This document shows positions 53,410 to 63,100 of a DNA stretch of 64,000 nucleotides, one piece after another (position 1 is the stretch's first letter; the number at the start of each line of letters is the position of its first letter). A program made the translations under genes and the position numbers. This stretch comes from Candidatus Omnitrophota bacterium (GTDB lineage: Bacteria > Omnitrophota > Gorgyraeia > Gygaellales > Profunditerraquicolaceae). The stretch is taken from positions 16,046 to 80,045 of the forward strand of contig JBAZNT010000007.1 of NCBI GenBank assembly GCA_041649115.1, given 5' to 3'. The notes under the pieces were generated by a model, which worked only from the letters and a program-made list of their open reading frames with translations, did no database searches and had not been told where the DNA came from.

Positions 53410-55347
53410 CTAACCTTTATATTTTACGCCAGGGAAAAGCCTCAGGTCAGTATGCGGAAAAAACAATGCTGCCATATATTCTTCCATATAACCCGGCTCT
53501 ACCGATAATTCAAAGTACGTAATTTTGCCGGCGATCTCTTTTGCCTTTGCCAGTGCCTGATACGATAAGAGCGACTGGCGCGCCCCGGCGAGCGAGCTAT
53601 TGCCTACGAATATAAAACGCCTGCGCTCTAGATCCGGCAGGAGCCCAATCTCTACCGCCTTATCTACGTCAAGACAGGTACCAAATCCTCCGGCAATAAA
53701 AAACTTCTTGACGTCCTTAAAGCTAAACCCCATGTGCTTCAAAAGGCTGGCGGTAGCAGAATATATCGCCGCCTTGGCGCGTTTAAGGTTGTCAATATCG
53801 GCTTCATTGATAACGATGTCGGAACCTGACCCTGCCGCCTTCTTAAAGACTATCACGAACTCCCTGCCGTATTCTCCTTCGCGGATGCGCTCATGTTTAA
53901 TATCGCGTATCTTTCCGTTCTTATCAAGTATCCCGGTTCCCAGCATCTCTGAGAGGATATCAATGTAACCCGAGCCGCAGATCCCGCGGGCAGCGGCACC
54001 GGCGATAGTATCGCAGGAGACATCCAGGCGCGGAGGCGGTCCGATCTTAACCTTTTGGATGGCGCCTTTTGCTGCGCGCATCCCTGAATTTACTCCCGAG
54101 CCCTCGAATGCCGGCCCGGCAGAGGCAGCGGAAGATATCAGAAACTCGCGGTTACCAAGCACAATCTCCCCGTTGGTGCCGATATCTATCAAGATACTTA
54201 AATCCTCTTCCTGGTCCAGGCCGCATGACAATACCCCGGAGGTAACGTCGCCCCCCACATAACTTGCTACCCCCGGCAGGCAGGACAGGATGCCGCGGGG
54301 ATTAATGCGTATGCCGATCTCCGAGGCCCTGATAGTAGGGGTAAAATTCGCGGTTGATACATACGGCTCCCTGCGGATATGGGTCGGGTCAATAGACAAA
54401 AGCAGATGAACCATGGTGGTATTTCCTGCCGCCACAAGCGATGTCACGTCGTTTAAATCCACGCCGTGCTCGTCAATCAGCTCCTTGATGATCTGGTCAA
54501 TGCAGTCCACTACCGCCAGGTGCAGCCTTTCCAGCCCTTCCTCATCCTTGGCATATACTATACGCGTGATGATATCGCTGCCGAAACTAATCTGCCTGTT
54601 GTAAGTAGACTTGGTGCCGATGACCTTTCTGGCATTGAGGTCCACCAGCTGCCCGGTAATCGTGGTGGTGCCGATATCAAAACAAAATCCAAAATTGCGG
54701 GAAGAGGTGTCCTGGGGCTCTATCAGCAGGATTTCGCTAGCGCCCTCGCTTTTGCCGATAGTAACTGTCACCTTCCAGTCTGCGGCACGTAACAGTTCGC
54801 TAAGCTGACGGATGTCCGCCAGGCTGGTCTCGGCTGCCACGGACAGTTTCCTGCGCCTTAACTCACGGTAAATCCTCTCTAAGTCGCTGACCTTATCGTC
54901 CAGAGTAGGCCTCGGCAGCTCCAGGTAAACCTTGCTTGCCAACGGAAAATGCACAAAGGCATCTTTGCAGGAAAGAGGCTTAACCGGCTCCACCTCTTCG
55001 GTTTCGGAATAGATGCCTTTTGTCCTGGCATGTATTTCTTCGGGAGTCAGGCCATCCAGGCTCAATCGGGACTCGGCGGGGATATCAATCTCCAGGTCGC
55101 TCTGCACGACGCTGAGGCAGGCCAAATAAATATTTTTTTTCTTTTCCTCCAAGCTGATAATACCGGTGGGCTGGGTAAGGACCTTGCCCTTTTTTAAGAT
55201 TACCTTGCACCTGCCGCATACGCCGTTACCTCCGCAGGTTGAATTTACATAAATTCCGGAGGAAACAGCGGCCGAGAGAATAGTGGCATCCTTATTTACC
55301 TCGACGGTCTTGTTGTCCGGATAGAATGTTACCCTGAATTTATCCAT
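53410..55347 (-). CDS. reductive activator of corrinoid Fe-S protein (RACo-like; 2Fe-2S + ASKHA ATPase)
   Basis: 645 aa. N-terminal plant-type ferredoxin cysteines CGGNGVCGRCKV and a C-terminal ASKHA fold (DIGTTT, DIGTNGE). Confidence 0.8.
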   Translation of the reverse strand: MDKFRVTFYPDNKTVEVNKDATILSAAVSSGIYVNSTCGGNGVCGRCKVILKKGKVLTQPTGIISLEEKKKNIYLACLSVVQSDLEIDIPAESRLSLDGLTPEEIHARTKGIYSETEEVEPVKPLSCKDAFVHFPLASKVYLELPRPTLDDKVSDLERIYRELRRRKLSVAAETSLADIRQLSELLRAADWKVTVTIGKSEGASEILLIEPQDTSSRNFGFCFDIGTTTITGQLVDLNARKVIGTKSTYNRQISFGSDIITRIVYAKDEEGLERLHLAVVDCIDQIIKELIDEHGVDLNDVTSLVAAGNTTMVHLLLSIDPTHIRREPYVSTANFTPTIRASEIGIRINPRGILSCLPGVASYVGGDVTSGVLSCGLDQEEDLSILIDIGTNGEIVLGNREFLISSAASAGPAFEGSGVNSGMRAAKGAIQKVKIGPPPRLDVSCDTIAGAAARGICGSGYIDILSEMLGTGILDKNGKIRDIKHERIREGEYGREFVIVFKKAAGSGSDIVINEADIDNLKRAKAAIYSATASLLKHMGFSFKDVKKFFIAGGFGTCLDVDKAVEIGLLPDLERRRFIFVGNSSLAGARQSLLSYQALAKAKEIAGKITYFELSVEPGYMEEYMAALFFPHTDLRLFPGVKYKG

Positions 55348-56678
55348 TACTGCAGGTTCTTGAGAAAAGACGGGATTCCGGCTGCTTCCTTAGGGCCTAC
55401 GATAACCCGCCAACCCGATTTCTCCTGAAGGTCGCCGCTTATTACCGCAACGTAACCCGGTATTATAATGTTATTGTGCTTGACGCTGCCCCTGGCCGCA
55501 AACTTATCAAGGCTCTCGGCTATTCTATCCGGCGTGAACTTCTCCGCTGCCCAGGCGGTCAATACCGACATGCCTTCGGTATCGACGCTCAGGATATAGC
55601 TGGGGATCTTGCTCGCCTCTACTTCTGCCAACACGGTATAATAGCTTAAAGAGAAATTGGTAGTAACTAAAAGAGGGGATCTCTCATCGGCCTGTCCGAC
55701 ACTGTAAAGTCTCGGCTCAATCTGCAATGGCTTCTGGGGGTCGGTATAGATATTCTGCCGCAGCGTCAAAAGCGAAAGAATCTGCCAGGGCTCTGTCCCC
55801 TTAACCAGGATTATCCCAGCATACTTGGCAATACAGGCGGCTGCTTCTATTATTTCTTCGTAAGGGTCTTTTTCATCAATAATCACCAAGGCCGGATACC
55901 CCAGGCTGCGGTTGGCTTTCTTAAGGGGTTGCCTCCTCAACTGCACCAGTTCCCAGAGCCTCTCCGGAGAAACAGCGGTATTGACATTCAGAACTAAATC
56001 CTCTACCCCCTGCTTCTTTAATTCCGCGGTAAGCTCTGAAAGCGTATTAAGATCAGGGGCAGAGACTGCCAGTGCTGCCTTGGAATCCCTGGCAAGCGCG
56101 GCAAACTCTGCGACGTTATCTTTGGTGGCGCAGCAAATCAAAGGCTTTTTATCCCTGACAATGCCTAGCGCCCCCCTGAGCGCCTTCAGGTCGCCGCTTA
56201 TCAGGGCGAGGGGAAGTTTGGTTTTTGCAGAGATCAGATCCACTGCCTCAATGAACCTTTCAGCTCCGGCATTCTGCCTTATGGCAATAAGATTGGGCCT
56301 GAGAACCTGGCCGACCCTTTCAAATTCAATTCCGTTGATATGCCCTAACTTCTGGATTATCTGGGCGTCTGGAAGGCTGTCTTCGATAATAAAACCGAGT
56401 CCGCATGGATGATGAAATTTTTCCTCGTGCCTGAAGAGCACGGTCTCATTGCCGACCTCAAGCTTACGTTCGCCGTCTCCGATGCTGACCAGCCGTATCG
56501 GGGGCTGGGCAGAGGCCTCCAGTATCTCTTTGGCCTCCTGGCTTAAATACGGGCATTTGGCAATACTGACCGCCTTTTTTGCCAACTGCATTGCAAAAGC
56601 CAGACAGGTAGGGAAACCGCACTCGCGGCAGTTGGTTTTCGGTAAAAGCTTATAGATATCTAATCCTGAGAGAGCCAT
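55347..56678 (-). CDS. acsC: corrinoid/iron-sulfur protein large subunit
   Basis: Start at MALSGLDIYKLLPKTNCRECGFPTCLAFAMQLA (4Fe-4S motif), preceded by AAGGAAAGGAAG. The track's 21-codon extension is rejected. Confidence 0.85.
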   Translation of the reverse strand: MALSGLDIYKLLPKTNCRECGFPTCLAFAMQLAKKAVSIAKCPYLSQEAKEILEASAQPPIRLVSIGDGERKLEVGNETVLFRHEEKFHHPCGLGFIIEDSLPDAQIIQKLGHINGIEFERVGQVLRPNLIAIRQNAGAERFIEAVDLISAKTKLPLALISGDLKALRGALGIVRDKKPLICCATKDNVAEFAALARDSKAALAVSAPDLNTLSELTAELKKQGVEDLVLNVNTAVSPERLWELVQLRRQPLKKANRSLGYPALVIIDEKDPYEEIIEAAACIAKYAGIILVKGTEPWQILSLLTLRQNIYTDPQKPLQIEPRLYSVGQADERSPLLVTTNFSLSYYTVLAEVEASKIPSYILSVDTEGMSVLTAWAAEKFTPDRIAESLDKFAARGSVKHNNIIIPGYVAVISGDLQEKSGWRVIVGPKEAAGIPSFLKNLQ

Positions 56679-56703
56679 GGCAGTATGAAGAATCTTCCTT
56701 TCC

Positions 56704-57375
56704 TTAACGATTGATGAGACTGGCCAGATACCCGGCCCCAAAGCCGTTATCGATATTTACTACTGCAACGCCGGGAGAGCAGGAATTAAGCATCGTTAAC
56801 AATGATGATAGGCCGCCAAAGTTGGCGCCGTAACCACAACTGGTAGGCACGGCAACTACGGGAGAGCTTACCAGGCCGCTGACGAGGCTTGCCAACGCCC
56901 CTTCCATTCCCGCCACCACCACCACAACCCTGGCCTTCCTTAATTTATCCAGGCAGCCCATCAGCCGATGCACCCCCGCCACCCCCACGTCGTAAAAACG
57001 CTCTACCGGATTACCCATTGCCTCCGATGTCGCTGCCGCCTCTTCCGCAACCGGCTGGTCGGAGGTTCCGGCTGATACTACCGCTATTACGCCGGCTTTA
57101 AATTTCCGGCTACGCCTAACAAGATACCCCAGACGCGCGAGGCGGTTATATTTTAAGGCCGGCAGGGACTTCTTAAGATAAACGTATGTGTCGCTGTCAA
57201 GCCTGGTAAGGAGTAAATCCTGCCCGTGCTTAAGCAGCGCCTGCGCAATCTTTTTTATCTCCTCCCTGCCTTTGCCGGGACAATATACTGCTTCGGCAAA
57301 TCCCCTGCGCTCCTGGCGCCCCAGGTCAAGGTTGGCAAATCCCAACTGGCAAGAGACGGCTTTAGTCTTAGGCAT
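56704..57375 (-). CDS. larB: LarB-like (PurE-fold) nickel-pincer cofactor biosynthesis carboxylase/hydrolase
   Basis: 223 aa. GFAEAVYCPGK, AGTSDQPVAEEA and VVVAGMEGAL motifs. Confidence 0.75.
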   Translation of the reverse strand: MPKTKAVSCQLGFANLDLGRQERRGFAEAVYCPGKGREEIKKIAQALLKHGQDLLLTRLDSDTYVYLKKSLPALKYNRLARLGYLVRRSRKFKAGVIAVVSAGTSDQPVAEEAAATSEAMGNPVERFYDVGVAGVHRLMGCLDKLRKARVVVVVAGMEGALASLVSGLVSSPVVAVPTSCGYGANFGGLSSLLTMLNSCSPGVAVVNIDNGFGAGYLASLINR

Positions 57376-57380
57376 CCGAA

Positions 57381-57692
57381 TCAGTATTTCTGCAGTATTA
57401 TAAAAAACAGGATGATGATGATCAAACCGGCGATGATGTAAAAATCATTGAAGTAGAAAAAATCCGCCAGGGCCTCCCTGAAGGACAGGCCTCTGTCTTT
57501 TTCGGATTTAGGCGGAATCTGGCGGGAGTCCCTCTTGAATTCCTCCACTTCCTGGCGTTTGAATCTCAGGTATATCCCCGCGATTTTGTAAGTGGGCAGC
57601 GCCCCCTTCTCCGAAAGAGTAATCACCTCTTTCTCGGAAATTCCCAAAAACAGAGCTACCTCTCTGACGGTAAGGAGTTTTTCTTCCGGCAT
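57381..57692 (-). CDS. excisionase-type HTH protein with C-terminal membrane anchor
   Basis: 103 aa. LLTVREVALFLGISEKEVITLSEKGALPTYKIAG matches an HTH_17-like domain. A C-terminal TM helix follows (IIAGLIIIILFFIIL). Confidence 0.65.
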   Translation of the reverse strand: MPEEKLLTVREVALFLGISEKEVITLSEKGALPTYKIAGIYLRFKRQEVEEFKRDSRQIPPKSEKDRGLSFREALADFFYFNDFYIIAGLIIIILFFIILQKY

Positions 57693-57693
57693 A

Positions 57694-58197
57694 TTATTTA
57701 GCTATTTTCCCGGAGGCAATCCATGAATCGATGGCCTTGCGCTCAAACTTCCAATTATCACCGTCTTTGGACGCGGGGACCTTTCCGCTATTGGCCCAAT
57801 CCATAACGGCATTCAAATCCACCTCCAGGTAACGCGCCAGCTCGTCCACATTCAGAAAATCGCGCAGCATCAAACATCTGCCTTCCAGTATCGCACCTTC
57901 CGCGACATTCAATTTTGCCGGCAACACATCCCCTTCCACGATAGCGGTAGGCAGGAGGGTCAGCATTTCTCTGGCAATCACCTTGCCCTTGACCCTTCCG
58001 CCGATAATGATATTGTCACCGGTAATATCTCCGTAGATAGTTGCGGTGGAGCCGATGGTAAGGCTGCCTTTGGTGTTAAGGTTGCCTTCGAATTTGCCGT
58101 TGATACGCAATTTAACCGGGTCTTTAAAACTAAGGTTGCCCTGCATTGAGGCATCTACATCCAGGATCTTATCTTCCTTCTTGTTTTTAAATGCCAT
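57694..58197 (-). CDS. bactofilin-domain protein fused to a C-terminal excisionase-type HTH
   Basis: 167 aa. The beta-helical bactofilin repeat pattern (G.L.I.G...G.I.GD....G.V.G.V) is followed by LNVDELARYLEVDLNAVMDWANSGKVPASKDGDNWKF. Confidence 0.7.
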   Translation of the reverse strand: MAFKNKKEDKILDVDASMQGNLSFKDPVKLRINGKFEGNLNTKGSLTIGSTATIYGDITGDNIIIGGRVKGKVIAREMLTLLPTAIVEGDVLPAKLNVAEGAILEGRCLMLRDFLNVDELARYLEVDLNAVMDWANSGKVPASKDGDNWKFERKAIDSWIASGKIAK

Positions 58198-58216
58198 CGC
58201 TCGCCCCTCCTTGGAT

Positions 58217-58663
58217 TTAGCGTGAAGCCTCGCGCTTACCCAATACTACGCTTTCCAGTTTTCTCAAAAATAAAAGCACTGCCAGCACTATCACGCTGGT
58301 AAAAATAGAAGCGCTGTAAAAGCCGCATCCCACTGCCAGGCCGATACCCGCGACTACCCAAAGGCTGGCTGCGGTAGTCAGGCCTTTTATCCCCTCCCTC
58401 TCCCTGATAATCGTGCCGGCGCCCAAAAATCCGATTCCCGTAACCACTCCGGCGGCAACGCGCGCAGGATCCAGAGGAACTTTGTCTTTATATATATCAA
58501 AAATATACAGCGATGTCAACATAATGAGGCATGAACCCAGGCTTACCAGGATATGGGTGCGTAATTCTGCGGTACGCCGATGCATCTGGCGTTCCAACCC
58601 GATAAAGCCGCTCAATAACGCCGACAATACCAATCGTAAAACAATCTGGATCTCGCTAAGCAT
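58217..58663 (-). CDS. mgtC: MgtC/SapB-family membrane protein
   Basis: 148 aa. GLERQ...AGLRTH-like motif and 4-5 TM helices. Confidence 0.8.
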   Translation of the reverse strand: MLSEIQIVLRLVLSALLSGFIGLERQMHRRTAELRTHILVSLGSCLIMLTSLYIFDIYKDKVPLDPARVAAGVVTGIGFLGAGTIIREREGIKGLTTAASLWVVAGIGLAVGCGFYSASIFTSVIVLAVLLFLRKLESVVLGKREASR

Positions 58664-59627
58664 ACACCGCTCCTTTCCTGCCTTCCTTAAAAAGCCGGCA
58701 ACCCAAACCAGCTACCATCGCGGCATTATCGGTACAAAGCCAAGGCGCTGGAAAATAACACTCCACCCCTGCCTGACGGCAGGCAAAAAGGAATTTTTCG
58801 CGGAGTCTGCTGTTGGCCGCTACGCCTCCGGCAACCACAAGGCTTTTTGCATTTTTGAGACGGCAGGCGGATATCGCCTTCTCAACCAAAACCCCAAAAG
58901 CGGCTTCCTGGAAAGAAGCCGCGATATCCTGCTTTTCTCTAAGGCCCAGCCTCCTGCCGCGCACCATATACATCACCGCAGTTTTAATGCCGCTGAAACT
59001 AAAATCCAGTGGCCGGCGGGTATGCGAACATTTAAATTTTATACGCCGGCAGTCGCCACCGGCTGCGGTCTTCTCAATCCAGGGCCCTCCCGGATAAGCT
59101 AATCCCAGGAGCTTGGCTACTTTATCAAAGGCCTCGCCGCAGGCATCATCCCGGGTATGTCCGAGCTCCTTGACGGCGTCAAAACCTGCCACATAAAAAA
59201 GGCTCGTATGCCCACCCGAAACAACCAACGCTACAAACGGTAATGACGGCGCCTTTGGGGAATTTAGAAAAACGGCGCAGATATGGCTAATAAGGTGGTC
59301 AACCTCCAAAATCGGGATGGCTGCGCTAAGACTTAACGCCCTAGCAAAAGAAACGCCCACTAAAAGCGACCCCAATAATCCCGGGCCGGAAGTTACGCTG
59401 ATGGCATCTATATCATTTAACTTAACTGCCGCTTTTTTAAAAGCGGCGTCTGTGACCGCAGCAATAGTCTCAAGCTGCATCCGGGAAGCAATCTCGGGGA
59501 TAATGCCTCCGTATCGGCTATGCAGCGGCAGGCTAGAGGAAACGACGTTAGAAAGGATTTCCCTGCCGTCCCTGACTATCGCCGCCGAGGTCTCATCGCA
59601 AGAGGTCTCAATACCCAACAGCTGCAT
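58656..59627 (-). CDS. tsaD: tRNA N6-adenosine threonylcarbamoyltransferase
   Basis: 323 aa. LGIETSCDETSAAIV and VSGGHT motifs. Confidence 0.93.
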   Translation of the reverse strand: MQLLGIETSCDETSAAIVRDGREILSNVVSSSLPLHSRYGGIIPEIASRMQLETIAAVTDAAFKKAAVKLNDIDAISVTSGPGLLGSLLVGVSFARALSLSAAIPILEVDHLISHICAVFLNSPKAPSLPFVALVVSGGHTSLFYVAGFDAVKELGHTRDDACGEAFDKVAKLLGLAYPGGPWIEKTAAGGDCRRIKFKCSHTRRPLDFSFSGIKTAVMYMVRGRRLGLREKQDIAASFQEAAFGVLVEKAISACRLKNAKSLVVAGGVAANSRLREKFLFACRQAGVECYFPAPWLCTDNAAMVAGLGCRLFKEGRKGAVYA

Positions 59628-60421
59628 CAGCGCACTACCTCCGAGACAAAGACAAAACGGAACCCTTCCTTGGCAAGTTGCGGCATCATTTCTCTCAAGA
59701 CCTTGACGGTATTTTTGCGGTCGTGTCCGATGCCCACGGCATAACCCCGCAGCCTGGCGCGGTTCGCTAATTGCCTGAGCTGTGCAGCAATGTAACCGGG
59801 GTCTTCTTCATTATCGAGAAAAATGTCCCGCGATGCGAAACTAATACCTGTCTCGGAAGCGGCCCGGCGGCATACCGAATCAGAAGAAACAAGGCTATCC
59901 AAAAAATAGAGATGCCTTCTCTTTAATTCCCGGAATACCTCCGTCATAAGGCGGTAGTCTTCGGTAGCGCGCGAACCCATGTGGTTGGACACCCCCTTTA
60001 CCCCAGAGAGGCTTTTTAAGTCTATAACGAGAATCCTGCGCGCCTCGGCATCGTCCATAGAGGAAAGGATCGTGTTTTTTTCAAGGCGGTATGCCTCGTG
60101 CGGCTCCATCGGCAGATGCAGGATTACCTCAAAACCGCGGCGGTTAAGTTCGCGCGAGAGAAAAGCCGAATAACGCAATCCCGGCAGAACGGAAACGGTA
60201 AGCGGATAGCGGATCTGGCTTAGCATGGCGAGGTTATGCGTATTGTAGCCCCAGTCATCAAGGACAATGGCAATCCTCCCCGCGATAACGGCGGGAACGG
60301 GCGCAGGAGGAGGCGTCTTTTTAGGCCCGGAGATAAACAGGTAAACCAAGAAGACGCTTTCAATGGCTAGAATTACTGAGAGGATTGTAATAATAATGTT
60401 ATGCTTTTTCATAGAGGACAA
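59627..60421 (-). CDS. divergent polysaccharide deacetylase (YibQ-like)
   Basis: N-terminal TM segment, then IAIVLDDWGYN, HLPMEP and SNHMGS motifs. Confidence 0.8.
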   Translation of the reverse strand: MSSMKKHNIIITILSVILAIESVFLVYLFISGPKKTPPPAPVPAVIAGRIAIVLDDWGYNTHNLAMLSQIRYPLTVSVLPGLRYSAFLSRELNRRGFEVILHLPMEPHEAYRLEKNTILSSMDDAEARRILVIDLKSLSGVKGVSNHMGSRATEDYRLMTEVFRELKRRHLYFLDSLVSSDSVCRRAASETGISFASRDIFLDNEEDPGYIAAQLRQLANRARLRGYAVGIGHDRKNTVKVLREMMPQLAKEGFRFVFVSEVVR

Positions 60422-60428
60422 GGTGGAA

Positions 60429-61670
60429 CTAAGAAGGATTATTCCTGCCGGGATCTTTCTGATATAACCTCACGGCCTTTAAAACATCGATTGCGCGCAT
60501 AATCTGGGTATCGGATTTATAGTCAAATTTCCGGGGCGGCTTCTCCTTGGCGCCCCCGTCGCTTTCTTCTGCCTGGGCAGAAACGTCCTCAACTACGATA
60601 TCAGGCTCGATGCCCTTGTTGTTAATCTGCTTGCCGGAAGGGGTAAAATAACGCGCGGTGGTCAGCCGCAGGGCCGAGCCCCCGGATAGAGGTATGAGCG
60701 TCTGAACCGAACCCTTGCCAAAAGACTTAGTGCCTAAAATTATGGCGCGATTATAGTCTTTCAGCGCCGCGGCCACGATCTCGCTTCCGGAAGCCGAACC
60801 TTCATTAATCAAAATCACCATGGGTAAATCCGGGATCGGCTTTTTGGAATGCGAAAAAAACTCCGCGTTAGAAGAAGGGGTGCGCCCTCTGGTAGAAATG
60901 ATAAGCTTGCCGTCATCTATGAATTTCTCGGTAATATTAACCGCGACGTCCAGGAGTCCGCCGGGATTGTTGCGCAGGTCAAGGATCAGGGCAGTCATGC
61001 CTTCTTTCTTGAGCCTCTCCAGCGCAAGGTCAAAGTCCTTAGGGGTAGTCTCCCTGAATTCCGCCAAGCGGATATATCCGATGCGGTCATCCAGGATCCT
61101 CGCCTCCTTGATGTCTTTAATCCTGATGATGGCGCGCACGATCTTAAACTCCAAGAGCTTTTTTTCGGAATCGCGCAATACCGTGATGCCAACCGTTTCG
61201 CCGGGCCTGCCCCTCAATCTCTTGACTGCTTCCGTAAGAGGCATATCGCGGGTAAGCTCGTCGTTTATCTTGACGATGCCGTCCCCCGGCTTAAGTCCGG
61301 CCTTCCAGGCCGGCGTGTCCTCGATAGGCGTTATTACAGTGAGGATGCCGTCCTTGGTGGTAATCTCAATGCCTATCCCGCCAAATCTGCCTTCGGTATC
61401 AATCTTAAGCTCATTATAGCTGTCAGGGTCAAGGAACTGGCTGTGCGGATCCAGGGAAGAAGCCATGCCCTTAAGCGCTCCGTAAATAAGCTCGCGCGGC
61501 CTGGTCTCGTCAACATATTCGGTCTGGATAATAGCCAGGGCATCGGAAAACAGACCAACCTGTTTATAAAGCTCGTCCCTGTTGCGCTTGTCTATCCCCG
61601 ATATCGCCACGGATAGCGCTGCCGCGATTATCAGGCATAAGATTGAAATCGCAACTAATCTCCTGATCAT
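60429..61670 (-). CDS. ctp: carboxy-terminal processing protease (S41) with PDZ domain
   Basis: 413 aa. PDZ domain (GIGIEI...AGLKPGD), catalytic Ser context GSASGSE, and Lys in FGKGSVQ. Confidence 0.9.
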   Translation of the reverse strand: MIRRLVAISILCLIIAAALSVAISGIDKRNRDELYKQVGLFSDALAIIQTEYVDETRPRELIYGALKGMASSLDPHSQFLDPDSYNELKIDTEGRFGGIGIEITTKDGILTVITPIEDTPAWKAGLKPGDGIVKINDELTRDMPLTEAVKRLRGRPGETVGITVLRDSEKKLLEFKIVRAIIRIKDIKEARILDDRIGYIRLAEFRETTPKDFDLALERLKKEGMTALILDLRNNPGGLLDVAVNITEKFIDDGKLIISTRGRTPSSNAEFFSHSKKPIPDLPMVILINEGSASGSEIVAAALKDYNRAIILGTKSFGKGSVQTLIPLSGGSALRLTTARYFTPSGKQINNKGIEPDIVVEDVSAQAEESDGGAKEKPPRKFDYKSDTQIMRAIDVLKAVRLYQKDPGRNNPS

Positions 61671-63091
61671 TCTTTCAGTTTCTCCCTCAGGATCTCCTGC
61701 ACTGCCTTAGGGTTGGCCTTGCCGCCGCTCTTCTTCATCACCTGACCAACCAGAAACATCAGGGCGTTACTCTTGCCAGCGCGAAAATCATCCGCGGATT
61801 TCTGATTTTCCTTAATGACATCCTTAATAATCCCCTCCAGCTCTGCGGCGTCGGAAATCTGCGTTAAATTTTTCTTAGCGATAATCTCAGCCGCGGGCTT
61901 CTTTGTCCCTATCATCTCGCTCAATACTGCCTTGGCAACGAGGTTGGAGATCTTGCCCTCATCCAGCAATGACAAGAGCTCAATAAGCCCCTCCGGCGTA
62001 ATGCCCAGTTCTGACATCATGCAACCCCTGCTGTTGGCTTCGGAGAGAAGCGGGCCGATTAAAAAATTTATAAGGGTTTTTTTATTTTCGCTGGGATAGA
62101 TATCAAAACACCTGCCGGCGAATTCAGCGTCTTGTTTGAAATTTACCAGAACTCCCGATTCGTATCGCGACAGGCCGTATTCCTCAAGACGCTGCATCAT
62201 TTCTCTCGGTAGCGCCGGGATGGTACTTTTAATACTTGCAATCTTGTCTTTGTCAATCACAAAGAGTGGCAGGTCGGGCTCCGGGAAATAACGGTAGTCC
62301 TGCGCCTCCTCCTTGGTGCGCATGGAAAAAGTCTCGCCCTTCTTTTCATCCCAGAGTCTGGTCTCCTGGACCAGCGCCTCCCCGGCTGCAAGCGCCCCGG
62401 ACTGACGCGTAATCTCAAAACCCAGGGCATCCTTGACGGCCTTGAAGGAATTCATATTCTTGAGCTCTGATTTTACTCCGAGCCCATTCGTACCCTTCTG
62501 GCGCAGGGAAATATTCGCATCGCAGCGCAGCGAACCCTTCTCCATATCGCAGTCCGAAACCTCAAGGTATTCCAGGATTTTCTTAAGTTCCCCTAAATAC
62601 TCGTAGGCCTCTTCCGGCGAATTGATATCCGGCTCGCTTACTATCTCAAGCAGCGGTATGCCGGCACGGTTAAAATCCACCAGGCTTTTATCCTGGCGGT
62701 GGATCAGCTTGCCGGCGTCCTCCTCCAGGTGCACCCTCCTGATGCCGATACGCCTGGAGCCATCCTCCAGGTAGATATCCAGAAACCCGTTCCTGGCTAA
62801 AGGAAGGTCATACTGCGATATCTGGTAATTCTTGGGCAGGTCAGGATAGAAATAATTCTTGCGGTCAAATTTAGTCTGCTCCTGTATGTTGCAGTTCAAG
62901 GCCAGTCCGACCTTAATCGCAAGGTCCAGCGCCGTGCGGTTTAAAACCGGCAGGGTCCCGGGAAAGCCCAGGCAGACCTGGCAGGCCTGTGAATTAGGGG
63001 CCTTGCCAAATTCCGTAGAACACCCGCAAAACGCCTTGGTGCGGGTCGCAAGCTGCAGGTGCACTTCTAATCCGATTACCGCTTCGTACAT
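61667..63091 (-). CDS. gatB: Asp/Glu-tRNA amidotransferase subunit B
   Basis: 474 aa. Starts YEAVIGLEVHLQL, with a C-terminal YqeY-like tail. Confidence 0.95.
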   Translation of the reverse strand: MYEAVIGLEVHLQLATRTKAFCGCSTEFGKAPNSQACQVCLGFPGTLPVLNRTALDLAIKVGLALNCNIQEQTKFDRKNYFYPDLPKNYQISQYDLPLARNGFLDIYLEDGSRRIGIRRVHLEEDAGKLIHRQDKSLVDFNRAGIPLLEIVSEPDINSPEEAYEYLGELKKILEYLEVSDCDMEKGSLRCDANISLRQKGTNGLGVKSELKNMNSFKAVKDALGFEITRQSGALAAGEALVQETRLWDEKKGETFSMRTKEEAQDYRYFPEPDLPLFVIDKDKIASIKSTIPALPREMMQRLEEYGLSRYESGVLVNFKQDAEFAGRCFDIYPSENKKTLINFLIGPLLSEANSRGCMMSELGITPEGLIELLSLLDEGKISNLVAKAVLSEMIGTKKPAAEIIAKKNLTQISDAAELEGIIKDVIKENQKSADDFRAGKSNALMFLVGQVMKKSGGKANPKAVQEILREKLKE

Positions 63092-63100
63092 TTTAATAAA

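Noticed and set aside
60849-61616. Long antisense ORFs: 255 aa opposite ctp, 229 aa opposite tsaD/mgtC (58413-59102), 226 aa opposite ftsH (42668-43348), 222 aa opposite the thyA-like gene (35730-36398), and 199 aa opposite dnaE (7618-8217).
   Set aside because: Each is fully nested antisense in a well-supported conserved gene. Their composition is low-complexity and Ser/Pro/Arg-rich, with no RBS. They are typical shadow ORFs.
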